This document shows, in pieces, positions 55,390 to 64,000 of a stretch of 64,000 nucleotides of DNA. A program made the position numbers and the translations under genes. The notes beneath the pieces were generated by a model. That model did not search any database, had not been told where the DNA came from, and saw nothing but the letters and a program-made list of their open reading frames with translations. The stretch comes from Dehalococcoidia bacterium. Lineage in GTDB: Bacteria; Chloroflexota; Dehalococcoidia; Dehalococcoidales; W498. Numbering within the stretch: the stretch's first letter is position 1; every line of letters begins with the position of its first letter. Location of the stretch: assembly GCA_011191875.1 (NCBI GenBank), contig DUFC01000031.1, positions 42,879 through 106,878 of the forward strand, written 5' to 3'.

Positions 55390-57420
55390 ATGAGCATTGA
55401 ATACCTACCCACCATATGTCCTTACTGTAGTTGTGGCTGCGGACTATATCTCATAGTAAAGGATGGCAAGATAATCGGGCAGGAGCCGTGGAAGGAGCAC
55501 CCAATAAATGAAGGAGCAAACTGTCCTAAGGGTAAGAATGCCTACGCTTTCCTCTACAGTGAAGATAGGCTGAAGATGCCACTGGTGAGAAAGAACGGTG
55601 CCTTTCAGGAAACCTCTTGGGAGGAGGCTCTTAACCTCATCTCGTCCAAACTAAAGGAAGCTACCCCAGAAAACTTTGGCTTTATCGCCTCATGCCGGAA
55701 TAGTAATGAGGACGCTTATGTGATGCAGAAGTTTACCCGGGTGGCGATGGGCACCAATAATATAGAATACTGCGGTCGACTGTGTCATTCCCCGGCAGCG
55801 GCTGCCCTAATTCCTGCCATGGGCGGAGGGGTAATGCAGACCTCTCAGCCTGAAATTGAGCTTGCCGACTGTTTCTTCCTTGCCGGCGTTAATCTGCAGG
55901 AGACCTTTCCCATGATAGCCCGGAGAGTATTCCGCGCCAAGGACAAGGGAGCTAAGGTTATTTATACTGACCCCAGAAAGACGGCTACGGCGAGGCACCT
56001 AGCTGACATCAACCTGCACCTGAAGTCGGGCACGGATGCAGCCCTAATCAACGCCATGATGCGAATCATCCTAGATGAGGGGCTGGAGGATAAAGAGTTT
56101 ATTGCGTCAAGGACAACCGGTATTGATGAATTACGCGATTTTCTGTCTAAAGTAGACTTAGAGGAGGCGGAAAGGATTACCGGCATTCCCTTGGAAAAGA
56201 TAAAGGAAGCGGCAATTACCTATGCCAAGGCAGAGACAGCATGCATTCTCTATGACCAGGGTATGTCCCAGCATTATGTTGGCACCGACAATGTCAGGGT
56301 TCACGCTAATCTTGCTCTTCTCTGCGGGCATGCTGGTAAGCCAGGGAGTGGGATAAACTCAATGAGAGGGCAGATAAACGGTGAGGGCAGTGGAGATATG
56401 GGTTGCCTATGTGTTTTCTACCCCGGATTCAAGCGCGTGGGTGAGGATTCGGCAAAGTTATTTGAGGAAGCATGGGGAGTGAGCAACCTGCCCACCAAGC
56501 CTGGCTTCACGTACATAGACATGCTGTATAAATGCTCTTACCTCTATATAGTTGGGGGAGACCCAATGATGGTCACTCCCGATGTTAATAATCTGAAGAA
56601 GGCTTTAGAGAAGGTTAATTTCCTGGTGGTTCAGGACATATTCCCCACTGAGATAAGCAAGCTCGCCCATGTGATACTACCGGCAGCTAGCTGGGTGGAG
56701 AGGGAGGCTACCCATACCTGGATAGACAGACGGGTGCAGAAGATAGACAAGCTTATTGACCCCCCTGGCGAAGCCAAGCCCGACTGGTGGATTATATGCC
56801 AGTTAGCTGAAAAGCTGGGCTACAAAGATAAATTCAACTTCACTTCATCTGGGGAGATATTCGAGGAAATAAGAAGCTGCATTCCCCCGTATAAGGGCAT
56901 AACCTACGAACGGCTGAAGAAGACGGTGGGAGGAATTCACTGGCCCTGCCCTTCAGAGGACCATCCCGGCACACCCTCCATGTTCTTGCAGAAGTTCAAT
57001 ACCCCTGATGGTCTGGGACACTTCCAAGCGGTGGAGTTTAAGCCCCCTGCTGAATTACCCGATGACGAGTATCCGTATGTCCTGACCACAGGCAGAAGTA
57101 TCTTCCATTACCATACCGGAGCAATGACGCGGAGAACGCCAAAGCTAGTTGATGAGGTTCGCCGCGGTTTCGTTGAGGTTAACCCCGAGGATGCCACTAA
57201 GGCTGGGGTTAAAGACAAGGATATAGTTACTCTGGAGACAAGGCGGGGTAGCATAGAAGTTGAAGTTAAGGTGACCGATGAGGTGCCACCAGGACTACTA
57301 TTTGTCCCCTTCCACTTTGCTGATTCCTGTGCCAATGTGCTAACAATCCCAGTACTTGATCCCAGCGCCAAGTGCGCTGAAACCAAAGTATGCGCCGTCA
57401 AGATGGAGGTGAAACAATGA
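55390..57420 (+). CDS. fdhA: Molybdo/tungstopterin formate dehydrogenase alpha subunit, cytoplasmic, Cys-type (FdhA, methanogen-like)
   Basis: I prefer the ATG at 55390 (MSIEYL), which is preceded by GGAGGTGAA. The N-terminal 4Fe-4S motif is CPYCSCGCG...C. The active-site stretch GTNNIEYCGRLCHSPAAAAL has Cys (codon 55783-55785) where selenoprotein FDHs have Sec. There is no Tat signal. 676 aa. Confidence 0.85.
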   Translation: MSIEYLPTICPYCSCGCGLYLIVKDGKIIGQEPWKEHPINEGANCPKGKNAYAFLYSEDRLKMPLVRKNGAFQETSWEEALNLISSKLKEATPENFGFIASCRNSNEDAYVMQKFTRVAMGTNNIEYCGRLCHSPAAAALIPAMGGGVMQTSQPEIELADCFFLAGVNLQETFPMIARRVFRAKDKGAKVIYTDPRKTATARHLADINLHLKSGTDAALINAMMRIILDEGLEDKEFIASRTTGIDELRDFLSKVDLEEAERITGIPLEKIKEAAITYAKAETACILYDQGMSQHYVGTDNVRVHANLALLCGHAGKPGSGINSMRGQINGEGSGDMGCLCVFYPGFKRVGEDSAKLFEEAWGVSNLPTKPGFTYIDMLYKCSYLYIVGGDPMMVTPDVNNLKKALEKVNFLVVQDIFPTEISKLAHVILPAASWVEREATHTWIDRRVQKIDKLIDPPGEAKPDWWIICQLAEKLGYKDKFNFTSSGEIFEEIRSCIPPYKGITYERLKKTVGGIHWPCPSEDHPGTPSMFLQKFNTPDGLGHFQAVEFKPPAELPDDEYPYVLTTGRSIFHYHTGAMTRRTPKLVDEVRRGFVEVNPEDATKAGVKDKDIVTLETRRGSIEVEVKVTDEVPPGLLFVPFHFADSCANVLTIPVLDPSAKCAETKVCAVKMEVKQ

Positions 57421-58619
57421 AGGGAGATATGTATATCGCCCATTCCACAGATAAGGAGATACTAGAAAAAGCCGAGTATGGTGGCGTGGTTACTTCTCTG
57501 CTCAAGTTTGCCCTGGAGAGTGGGAAAGTAGACGCTGTGCTTGCCGTAAAAGCTAGAGATGGCAACAGGTACGACGGTGTACCCGTTCTAATCACTAAAC
57601 CGGAGGAAGTAATAGAAACCACGGGAGCACTGCATTGTGCCTCGCCCAACATCGCACGCTTTCTCAAGGAATACCTTGATGGCGCCTCCGACCTGAAGAT
57701 AGCCGTTACCGTCAAGCCATGTGACGCTAAGGCAATTATTGAGCTCGCCAAGAGAACCCAGATTGACCTTAATAACTTGCTCCTTATTGGCTTGAACTGC
57801 ACCGGCACCCTACCCCCAGCCAAGGCAACGACAATGATGAAAGTGGAGTTTGAAGTAGACCCGAATGATGTCGTTGCTGAGGATATTGAAGACAATAAAT
57901 TAACAATAAGGTTAAAGGATGGGACAGAAAAGGAGAAGAACCTGACCGAGCTTGAGGAGCGGGGATATGGGAGGCGAGAGAATTGCCGTAGATGTGAGAC
58001 CAATATCCCAGTAATGGCCGATATCACCTGCGGTAAGTGGGGAACTACCGACAACAATACAACTTTCATTGAGGTTTGCTCGGAAAGAGCGTCTGACTTC
58101 ATCACGGCGGCAATTGAAACTGGCAAGATTAAGGTGGAACAACCAAGCAGCGATGCTATAGAAACCAGAAGTAAGAAGGATGAGGCAGCAATAGAACTGG
58201 CACGGCAATGGCAGGAGAAGGATTTTGCCAGTCTCAAAGAAATGAGCAGTGACGAAAGGCAAAATTACTGGTCTGAGCAATTCAGCCGCTGTATTAAGTG
58301 TTACGGGTGCCGAGATGCCTGCCCCATATGCTACTGCAAGCACTGCTATCTGGAGGCAGATAGAGGCTTGGTGACTGGGGGAGAGGTTCCGCCCGACATT
58401 ATCTTCCCTATGGTAAGGAGCTTCCATGTTATGGACTCGTGTGTTAATTGTGGGCAGTGCCAGGATGCCTGCACCATGGAGCTTCCTCTTTCCCGCTTGA
58501 TATTCATGCTTAATAGGGAACTGGTTAGCATTTTTAATTATGAGCCGGGAATGGACGTAGAACAACTTCCTCCATTGAAAACAGTCCCCAACCAAGAGTT
58601 GAGTCGCAGTAGTGCTTGA
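57417..58619 (+). CDS. fdhB: FrhB/FdhB-family flavin (F420-type) and 2x[4Fe-4S] subunit (FdhB)
   Basis: The ATG at 57417 overlaps the fdhA stop (ATGA) and follows GGAGGTG. The N-terminal EYGGVVTSLLKFALESGKVDAVL and the FrhB-type core are present. The C-terminal cysteine clusters are CIKCYGCRDACPICYC and CVNCGQCQDAC. Confidence 0.8.
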   Translation: MKGDMYIAHSTDKEILEKAEYGGVVTSLLKFALESGKVDAVLAVKARDGNRYDGVPVLITKPEEVIETTGALHCASPNIARFLKEYLDGASDLKIAVTVKPCDAKAIIELAKRTQIDLNNLLLIGLNCTGTLPPAKATTMMKVEFEVDPNDVVAEDIEDNKLTIRLKDGTEKEKNLTELEERGYGRRENCRRCETNIPVMADITCGKWGTTDNNTTFIEVCSERASDFITAAIETGKIKVEQPSSDAIETRSKKDEAAIELARQWQEKDFASLKEMSSDERQNYWSEQFSRCIKCYGCRDACPICYCKHCYLEADRGLVTGGEVPPDIIFPMVRSFHVMDSCVNCGQCQDACTMELPLSRLIFMLNRELVSIFNYEPGMDVEQLPPLKTVPNQELSRSSA

Positions 58620-58680
58620 AGTCACCTTCTAAACCCAAGTAGAAACTAGATTTGAGACAGATGCCTCTTACGGAGAGACG

Positions 58681-59280
58681 ATGACCTCAATTGTTCTTGC
58701 TGGTGGCAAAAGCCTACGGCTAGGTAAGAGTAAGTGTCTGGAGACCATTAACGGTAAAAGCCTGATTGAGCGGGTTATAGAACGGGTCAAATCAGTGAGC
58801 AGGCGAACCCTGATAGTGACCTCCCGAGAACAGATTGACTTTCCCGCCCCTTGTGAAGCAGAAGTAGTGGTAGACATTTATCCCGGCAAAGGACCACTTG
58901 GGGGAATATACACAGGCTTGCTAGCTTCTGAGTCTTCACACGTCCTTGCGGTTGCCTGTGATATGCCTCTTCTAAATATTGAACTGTTGCGCTATATGAT
59001 TGAACTATCCCCCGGCTTTGATGCAGTTGTCCCCCGATTAGGCGAAAGAAAGGTGGAGCCACTCCACGCTATATATGCCAAGTCCTGCCTGGATAATATG
59101 AAAACACGGTTGGAGCATAACCAATTGGAAATTAGCCGCTTCCTTAACACAGTACACGTTAGATATATTGAACGGCCAGAATGCCAGAAATTCGACCCCC
59201 AGCTTTTAACCTTCTTCAACATAAATTCTCAGTCAGACCTAGACCAAGCTATCACACTCGCTACAGAGAATAAAAGTTGA
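58681..59280 (+). CDS. mobA: Molybdenum cofactor guanylyltransferase
   Basis: 199 aa with the N-terminal VLAGGKSLRLG and DxxxGPLGG motifs. Confidence 0.85.
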   Translation: MTSIVLAGGKSLRLGKSKCLETINGKSLIERVIERVKSVSRRTLIVTSREQIDFPAPCEAEVVVDIYPGKGPLGGIYTGLLASESSHVLAVACDMPLLNIELLRYMIELSPGFDAVVPRLGERKVEPLHAIYAKSCLDNMKTRLEHNQLEISRFLNTVHVRYIERPECQKFDPQLLTFFNINSQSDLDQAITLATENKS

Positions 59281-59309
59281 CTTGGTAGAGACTATCTAGT
59301 ATCGTTTAA

Positions 59310-60008
59310 GTGACATTGGTTATGACTGTGAATAGGGTTAGTCCGTTAGTAATTGCTGTAGTGGGAAACTCCGATGCTGGCAAGACTACCCTGATAGAAC
59401 ACTTACTCAGGGAGCTCAGCCGGAGAAAGCACAGGGTGGCAGCGGCAAAGCACTGTCCCCATGGGTTTAACCTGGATGTTGAAGGGAAAGATACCTGGCG
59501 CTTCACAGAAGCGGGGGCAAGGGGAGTATTTCTTACCTCACCCGGTCTAGTTGGGCTCATTGAGGAGAAGGAGCCTGTTCCCGGGCTAAGAAATATTGCC
59601 GAGCACTACTTTGCTGACTTCGACATCGTGCTTGGTGAAGGATTTAGTCAAGAGAAAGAGGTAAGAAAGATACTGGTGCTCAGGGAAGGGGGTAGCAAGC
59701 GTGTCCCTTATCCACAAGGTGATATCCTGGCTCTGGTAAGCGATTTTGAGATAAAAGCGGATAAGCCCTTATTTAAACCCGATGATGTGTCCGGCATAGC
59801 TAACTTTATTGAACAGTTTCTTATTCAGGAGGATAGAATGGAAACATCAGTTACACTTATCATCAATAAAAAGCCAGTCCCACTAAATCCCTTTGTTCAG
59901 AGCGTCTTTAAGAATGTAATCGTAGGGGTTATAGGTGCTCTTAAGCGAGAGGATGAAGAATTGAATCAGATTGAAGTAATAATTAAGTCAGAGGATGACG
60001 ACGGGTAA
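59310..60008 (+). CDS. mobB: MobB-like P-loop protein with ~60-aa C-terminal extension
   Basis: 232 aa with the P-loop VVGNSDAGKTTL and KH..HG. It has an extra C-terminal segment (VTLIINKKPVPLNPFVQ...). The start may be the ATG at 59322. Confidence 0.75.
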   Translation: MTLVMTVNRVSPLVIAVVGNSDAGKTTLIEHLLRELSRRKHRVAAAKHCPHGFNLDVEGKDTWRFTEAGARGVFLTSPGLVGLIEEKEPVPGLRNIAEHYFADFDIVLGEGFSQEKEVRKILVLREGGSKRVPYPQGDILALVSDFEIKADKPLFKPDDVSGIANFIEQFLIQEDRMETSVTLIINKKPVPLNPFVQSVFKNVIVGVIGALKREDEELNQIEVIIKSEDDDG

Positions 60009-60017
60009 AAGGGGTTA

Positions 60018-60521
60018 ATGGGATATCAAGAGCACAAACACAAGGCACCCAAGAGCATAAGCTGTGCTGTCCTCACCATCTCTGATACCCGAACCGAACG
60101 GGATGACGAATCAGGCAGACTCATCAGGCAAAAACTCAGTGAAACTGGTCACCGGGTAATATTGCATTGTATTTTGAAAAACGAGGCGGACTCTATCAGG
60201 GAAAAGATATATGAACTCCTGAAAGAGGAGGAGCTTCAAGCCATTATTGCCACTGGCGGTACCGGAGTAAGCCGCAGGGATATTACTGTAGAGACAATAT
60301 ACCCCATTCTCGAGAAGAAGCTGGATGGCTTCGGAGAGCTTTTTCGGTTCTTAACCTATAGTGAGATAGGCACCGGCAGTATTATGAGTAGAGCCATTGC
60401 TGGTGTAGCCGAGGGAAAGGTTATTCTTTGTCTCCCTGGCTCCCTTGAGGCGGCAAAACTGGCGATGAACAAGATAATCCTACCTGAACTCGGGCACTTA
60501 GTTATGGAGGCAACAAGGTGA
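60018..60521 (+). CDS. moaB: MoaB/MogA-family molybdopterin adenylyltransferase-like protein
   Basis: 167 aa. TISDTR...GGTGVSRRDIT is the MoCF_biosynth pattern. Confidence 0.8.
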   Translation: MGYQEHKHKAPKSISCAVLTISDTRTERDDESGRLIRQKLSETGHRVILHCILKNEADSIREKIYELLKEEELQAIIATGGTGVSRRDITVETIYPILEKKLDGFGELFRFLTYSEIGTGSIMSRAIAGVAEGKVILCLPGSLEAAKLAMNKIILPELGHLVMEATR

Positions 60522-61723
60522 AACCTTTTGGAGCACTTCTTGCCTTTGAGGAAGCAAAAAGGGTTATTGACGTCAACATAAAGCCAATCGCAAGAACAGA
60601 GATAGTCAACATTGACGACTCCCTGGGGAGAGTTCTGGCTAAAGAGGTTGTTGCTACTTTAAGCACACCCCCCTTTAGTAGAGCAGCTATGGATGGTTAT
60701 GCTGTTAAAGCCAGAGATACCTTTAATTCCAGCCAATTAAATCCCAAAGTGCTTGACCTAATTGGTGAATTACATGCCGGGCAAACACCCCAGAAGAGGG
60801 TGAGCCCCGGTGAGTGCATTCAAATTGCTACCGGGGCAATGATGCCTAAGGGTGGGGATGCTGTGGTTATGGTTGAGGATACCGAAAAGGAAAACAAGAG
60901 AGTAAAGGTATTCAAGTCAGTCTACCCAAAAGCTAACATGGCTAAAAAAGGGGAGGACATCAAAGAAGGAGAGCTTATTCTAAGGCGCAACTTTATCTTG
61001 GACCCAGGGAGGATTGGGGTGCTCGCCTCTCAAGGGATAAACCGAATCAGAGTCTATAAAAAACCGAAAGTAGCTATAATCCCTACCGGGGAAGAGGTAT
61101 GTGAGGTTGATAAAAGGTTAAGGAAAGGGCAAGTCTACGATATTAACTCCCATACTATCGCCTCAGTGGTAAGGGCAAATAGTTGCCTTCCCACCAAGTT
61201 CGGTATCGTCGGCGATGACGCCGAGGAGCTCAAATCAACAATTACCGAAGCTCTAAAAAGTGACCTTGTGGTTATCTCAGGAGGCTCCTCTGTAGGAGAG
61301 AGAGACCTGTTATCTGATGTCCTTCAGAACCTGGGTGAGATTCTCTTTCATGGAATTCAAGTCAAACCGGGGAAACCAACCATTTTTGCTATGATACAAG
61401 GTAAACCTATCCTGGGAATGCCCGGCTATCCTACTTCTTGTCTGATTAATACCTATCTCTTCCTTTTACCAGCGATAAGAAAGATGGCTCACCTGCCGCC
61501 GAGGAGAAAGGAGATGGTTGAGGCTAAGCTTTCCCGGAGAGTCCCCGGAAGCGTGGGTCGAAGACAATTTTTAACCGTCAAGCTCGATGGAAGTGATGCC
61601 ATTCCTATGTTTAAAGAATCGGGGGCGATAACCAGCATAGCCGAGGCGGATGGCTACATTGAGATAGCCGAGAATGTTGATTTGCTAGAGAAGGGCGAGC
61701 CAGTTACGGTAATACTGTTCTAA
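60518..61723 (+). CDS. moeA: Molybdopterin molybdenumtransferase
   Basis: 401 aa with a GTG start overlapping the moaB stop. MoeA N, MoCF (SGGSSVGERD) and C-terminal domains are present. Confidence 0.9.
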   Translation: MKPFGALLAFEEAKRVIDVNIKPIARTEIVNIDDSLGRVLAKEVVATLSTPPFSRAAMDGYAVKARDTFNSSQLNPKVLDLIGELHAGQTPQKRVSPGECIQIATGAMMPKGGDAVVMVEDTEKENKRVKVFKSVYPKANMAKKGEDIKEGELILRRNFILDPGRIGVLASQGINRIRVYKKPKVAIIPTGEEVCEVDKRLRKGQVYDINSHTIASVVRANSCLPTKFGIVGDDAEELKSTITEALKSDLVVISGGSSVGERDLLSDVLQNLGEILFHGIQVKPGKPTIFAMIQGKPILGMPGYPTSCLINTYLFLLPAIRKMAHLPPRRKEMVEAKLSRRVPGSVGRRQFLTVKLDGSDAIPMFKESGAITSIAEADGYIEIAENVDLLEKGEPVTVILF

Positions 61724-61732
61724 ACTATCTCC

Positions 61733-62218
61733 TTACTTTTTCTCTTTCTTCCGGTAAGTCCCACTTTTCCCGCCCTTTTTGCTTTCCAGGTATATTTCGG
61801 CAATAGTCATCTCTCGGTCTAAAGCCTTGCACATGTCGTAGATGGTCAAGGCAGTGACTGAGACAGCAACCAAAGCTTCCATCTCCACCCCCGTTTTGCC
61901 GGTGCTCTTTGCCTTAGCGGTGATTCCTATAGAGTCATCCCTAGCTAAATCAAAGTCAATAACGATATTACCAATCAATAATGGATGACACAGGGGTATC
62001 AAGTCGGGCGTCTTTTTTGCCGCCATTATACCAGCAACCCTGGCTACAGACAGAACATCTCCCTTTTCCAACCCAGCCTTCCTAATTTGCTCCAGAGTGG
62101 CCAGCTTCATCATTACCCTGCCTCTGGCTACTGCTTCACGTTCGGTGTCAGCCTTCTGACTAATATCAACCATTTGAGCCTCACCCTTTGAGTCTACATG
62201 AGTTAGCTTAGTCATCAT
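61733..62218 (-). CDS. moaC: Cyclic pyranopterin monophosphate synthase accessory protein
   Basis: 161 aa. KLTHVDSKGEAQMVDIS.K, IPLCHPL and TGVEMEAL are typical MoaC. Confidence 0.9.
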   Translation of the reverse strand: MMTKLTHVDSKGEAQMVDISQKADTEREAVARGRVMMKLATLEQIRKAGLEKGDVLSVARVAGIMAAKKTPDLIPLCHPLLIGNIVIDFDLARDDSIGITAKAKSTGKTGVEMEALVAVSVTALTIYDMCKALDREMTIAEIYLESKKGGKSGTYRKKEKK

Positions 62219-62254
62219 TCCCCTCCTCTATTTTCAATTCTCCAATCAGAAGCC

Positions 62255-63241
62255 CTAGCCTCCTATCTGACACATCGGCCGCCTCACTATCCCCGGGGCA
62301 AGCCCTCCGGTCAGTTGATGCCGCTCCCGCTTAATGGCAACTGCCTTTTGGATAAGCTGTTTTATCTCATCCACGCTGGCTCCATTACGTAGCGGCTCCT
62401 TCAAGTTGACCTCATCATCGTCTAGGAGGCAGGGGCGTAACTGCCCATCGGAGGTAAGACGAAGGCGATTGCAACTGTGGCAGAAGTGCTCGGTTACCGG
62501 GGTGATGAAACCTATAGTACCCCTCGCCCCAGGCAGTCGGTAATACTTGGCAGGACCATTGCCTGTTTTACCGGTATAAGGCTCCAGTTTGCCTAGAGAC
62601 TGAATGCGTTCCTGAATTTCCTGGGCAGACACCGTCCCCAAGGCTTCGACCTGTGGCGTCCCAAAAGGCATAAATTCTATAAACCTCACATGCCATCCTT
62701 GGCTGGTGCTCATTCCAGCGAAATCAACAACTTCATCGTCGTTCATGCCCCGTAGAACCACCATGTTTATCTTGACGGGCTGTAGTCCAGCCTCATGTGC
62801 TGCCTCGATACCAGAGAGCACCTCTCCTAATTTATCCCTGCCAGTAATGCGCTTGAACCTATCCTTTTTTAGCGTGTCCAGACTTACATTAACCCGTTTC
62901 AGCCCAGCCTCTTTCAGCTCAACAGCGTATTTACTTAGAAGAGTGCCGTTACTAGTAAGCGAGATATCGTCGATGTCCTCTATCTGGGAAAGCATCCTGA
63001 CTAATCTACTCACATTAGGCCTCAACAGAGGCTCACCACCGGTAAGACGCACTTTGCTGATGCCCATACTGGCAGCTGCCTGAACTATGTGTTGGATTTC
63101 CTCATAGGAGAGGACTTCACTTCGGGGCAAGAGGGACACCGAACCCACCGAGCAATAGATGCAGCACAAATTGCAGCGGTCAGTAACAGAGATTCGCAGG
63201 TAGTTAATCTGGCGTTGAAAAGAGTCGAAAAGACCGGTCAT
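62255..63241 (-). CDS. moaA: GTP 3',8-cyclase (radical SAM)
   Basis: I prefer the ATG at 63241 (MTGLFDSFQR), preceded by GGAGGGGAAG and overlapping the upstream stop (ATGA). The motif is LRISVTDRCNLCCIYC, and the C-terminal CxxCxRxRL is CHSCNRLRL. Confidence 0.9.
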   Translation of the reverse strand: MTGLFDSFQRQINYLRISVTDRCNLCCIYCSVGSVSLLPRSEVLSYEEIQHIVQAAASMGISKVRLTGGEPLLRPNVSRLVRMLSQIEDIDDISLTSNGTLLSKYAVELKEAGLKRVNVSLDTLKKDRFKRITGRDKLGEVLSGIEAAHEAGLQPVKINMVVLRGMNDDEVVDFAGMSTSQGWHVRFIEFMPFGTPQVEALGTVSAQEIQERIQSLGKLEPYTGKTGNGPAKYYRLPGARGTIGFITPVTEHFCHSCNRLRLTSDGQLRPCLLDDDEVNLKEPLRNGASVDEIKQLIQKAVAIKRERHQLTGGLAPGIVRRPMCQIGG

Positions 63242-64000
63242 CTTCCCCTCCTGACTATATGGACACCTGTAGCTTTGAAGGTGGCACAAACTTTCTTTGT
63301 CCTGGTTAAATTCAACTCCTCGGCTGACCTTTTGGTTACTAGAGCAACTAGCCGGAAACCACAGTTTATCTCAATGCGGCTGAGTGGACCAAGTGATACT
63401 ACCTGAGTTATTTCCCCAAAGAACGAGTTCCTAGCACTACTTGAAACTCTTGATAGCGCCAGTATTATATCCTCTGGCCTAACACAAGCACAAACCTCTT
63501 CTCCTACGGCGTAATCTGAAATCGCCTCTATAACCCCACTACCAATATCTATAGTAACTACCTTATCCTGGCTTGACACTATCACCCCGTCTATAATATT
63601 CTCAACGCCTACGAACTCGGCTACCTCCCTATTTAGGGGGGAACTGAATACATCCCTTGGAACTCCTGTTTGAAGGATTTCACCATTTATGAGCACACCT
63701 ATTCTATCAGCCAGCCGCTGACCCTGGGACATATCGTGGGTAGCCATTATTATCGTAGTGTCATACCGGTGAATAATATTTGCTACCAATTCCTCAATTT
63801 TTGATGTCGAAATCGGGTCAAGGTTTGCTGTAGGTTCATCCAGTAGCAATACCTCCGGTTCGTTCACTATTGCTCTGGCTATAGCTACCCTTTGTACTTC
63901 GCCACCGGATAATGTTCTAGCGTTGCTCTTTCTATAAGCTAAGAGGTCAACCATCTCCAGAATATTGCTGACCTTTTTTCGGATGCTACTTTCCCTTACC
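63238..64000 (-). CDS. ABC transporter ATPase with C-terminal TOBE/Mop domain (ModC/WtpC/TupC-like), 5' end outside window
   Basis: The frame stays open to the window edge (VRESSIRKKVSNILEMVDLL...). It has the signature LSGGEVQRVAIARA, Walker B LLLDEPT and a TOBE-like C-terminus (FFGEITQVVSLGPLSRIEINCG). Confidence 0.75.
   Translation of the reverse strand, partial: VRESSIRKKVSNILEMVDLLAYRKSNARTLSGGEVQRVAIARAIVNEPEVLLLDEPTANLDPISTSKIEELVANIIHRYDTTIIMATHDMSQGQRLADRIGVLINGEILQTGVPRDVFSSPLNREVAEFVGVENIIDGVIVSSQDKVVTIDIGSGVIEAISDYAVGEEVCACVRPEDIILALSRVSSSARNSFFGEITQVVSLGPLSRIEINCGFRLVALVTKRSAEELNLTRTKKVCATFKATGVHIVRRGR

Noticed and set aside
57398-58625. Two long antisense ORFs (279 aa and 237 aa) inside fdhB
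   Set aside because: They are Ser/Leu-rich, low-complexity translations with no recognisable motifs and no RBS. The sense strand encodes a complete FrhB/FdhB-family protein with ferredoxin motifs. This is the typical antisense-frame artefact.

Overview
This 64-kb window is a gene-dense, mostly core-genome segment of a moderate-GC bacterium. The protein repertoire and frequent GGAGG ribosome-binding sites resemble Chloroflexota/Dehalococcoidia-like genomes, but the taxon is inference only. All calls come from reading the ORF translations and the DNA by eye, with no database search.

I support about 64 protein genes:
- Replication and repair: dnaE (3' part), radC, ogt, recJ, an MrfA/YprA-like helicase, an endonuclease III-like gene and smr.
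- Signalling: a four-gene two-component cluster.
- Translation and transcription: hpf, comF, mtaB, fabF, rpsO-pnp, the nusA-ylxR-infB-rbfA-truB operon, trmO and queA.
- Metabolism: dapB-asd-dapA, purA, argC and GTP-PEPCK.
- Inositol lipids: a myo-inositol-phosphate synthase / PimA-like GT4 / CDP-alcohol phosphatidyltransferase cluster.
- Molybdoenzyme island: a CsoR-like repressor, archaeal-type FdhA/FdhB, mobA, mobB, moaB, moeA, moaC, moaA and a ModC-like ATPase that runs off the 3' edge.

RNA genes are tRNA-His(GTG), tRNA-Arg(TCG) and a 28-nt orphan copy of the tRNA-Arg 5' half. I see no CRISPR array, rRNA, transposase, integrase or recognisable defence system.

The most interesting observations are:
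1. A tRNA-Arg 5'-half direct repeat brackets a 978-bp module that carries only an atypical LuxR-type response regulator.
2. A CsoR-family repressor lacks the canonical His ligand. A TACCC...GGGTA-type palindrome sits inside a divergent promoter shared with a Cys-type FdhAB operon and Moco genes.
3. One soluble kinase is clustered with three response regulators. Two of these share a receiver module about 90% identical at the nucleotide level, and one carries a decayed HD-GYP output.
4. A MIPS-PimA-PIP synthase cluster sits beside a divergent PHP phosphoesterase.
5. A strongly GC-rich CARDB-peptidase gene is flanked by unusually long non-coding DNA.
6. There are two interspersed repeat families, a tandemly duplicated consensus promoter and an unlisted DUF5679-like 47-codon ORF.

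None of these is proven novel from sequence alone.
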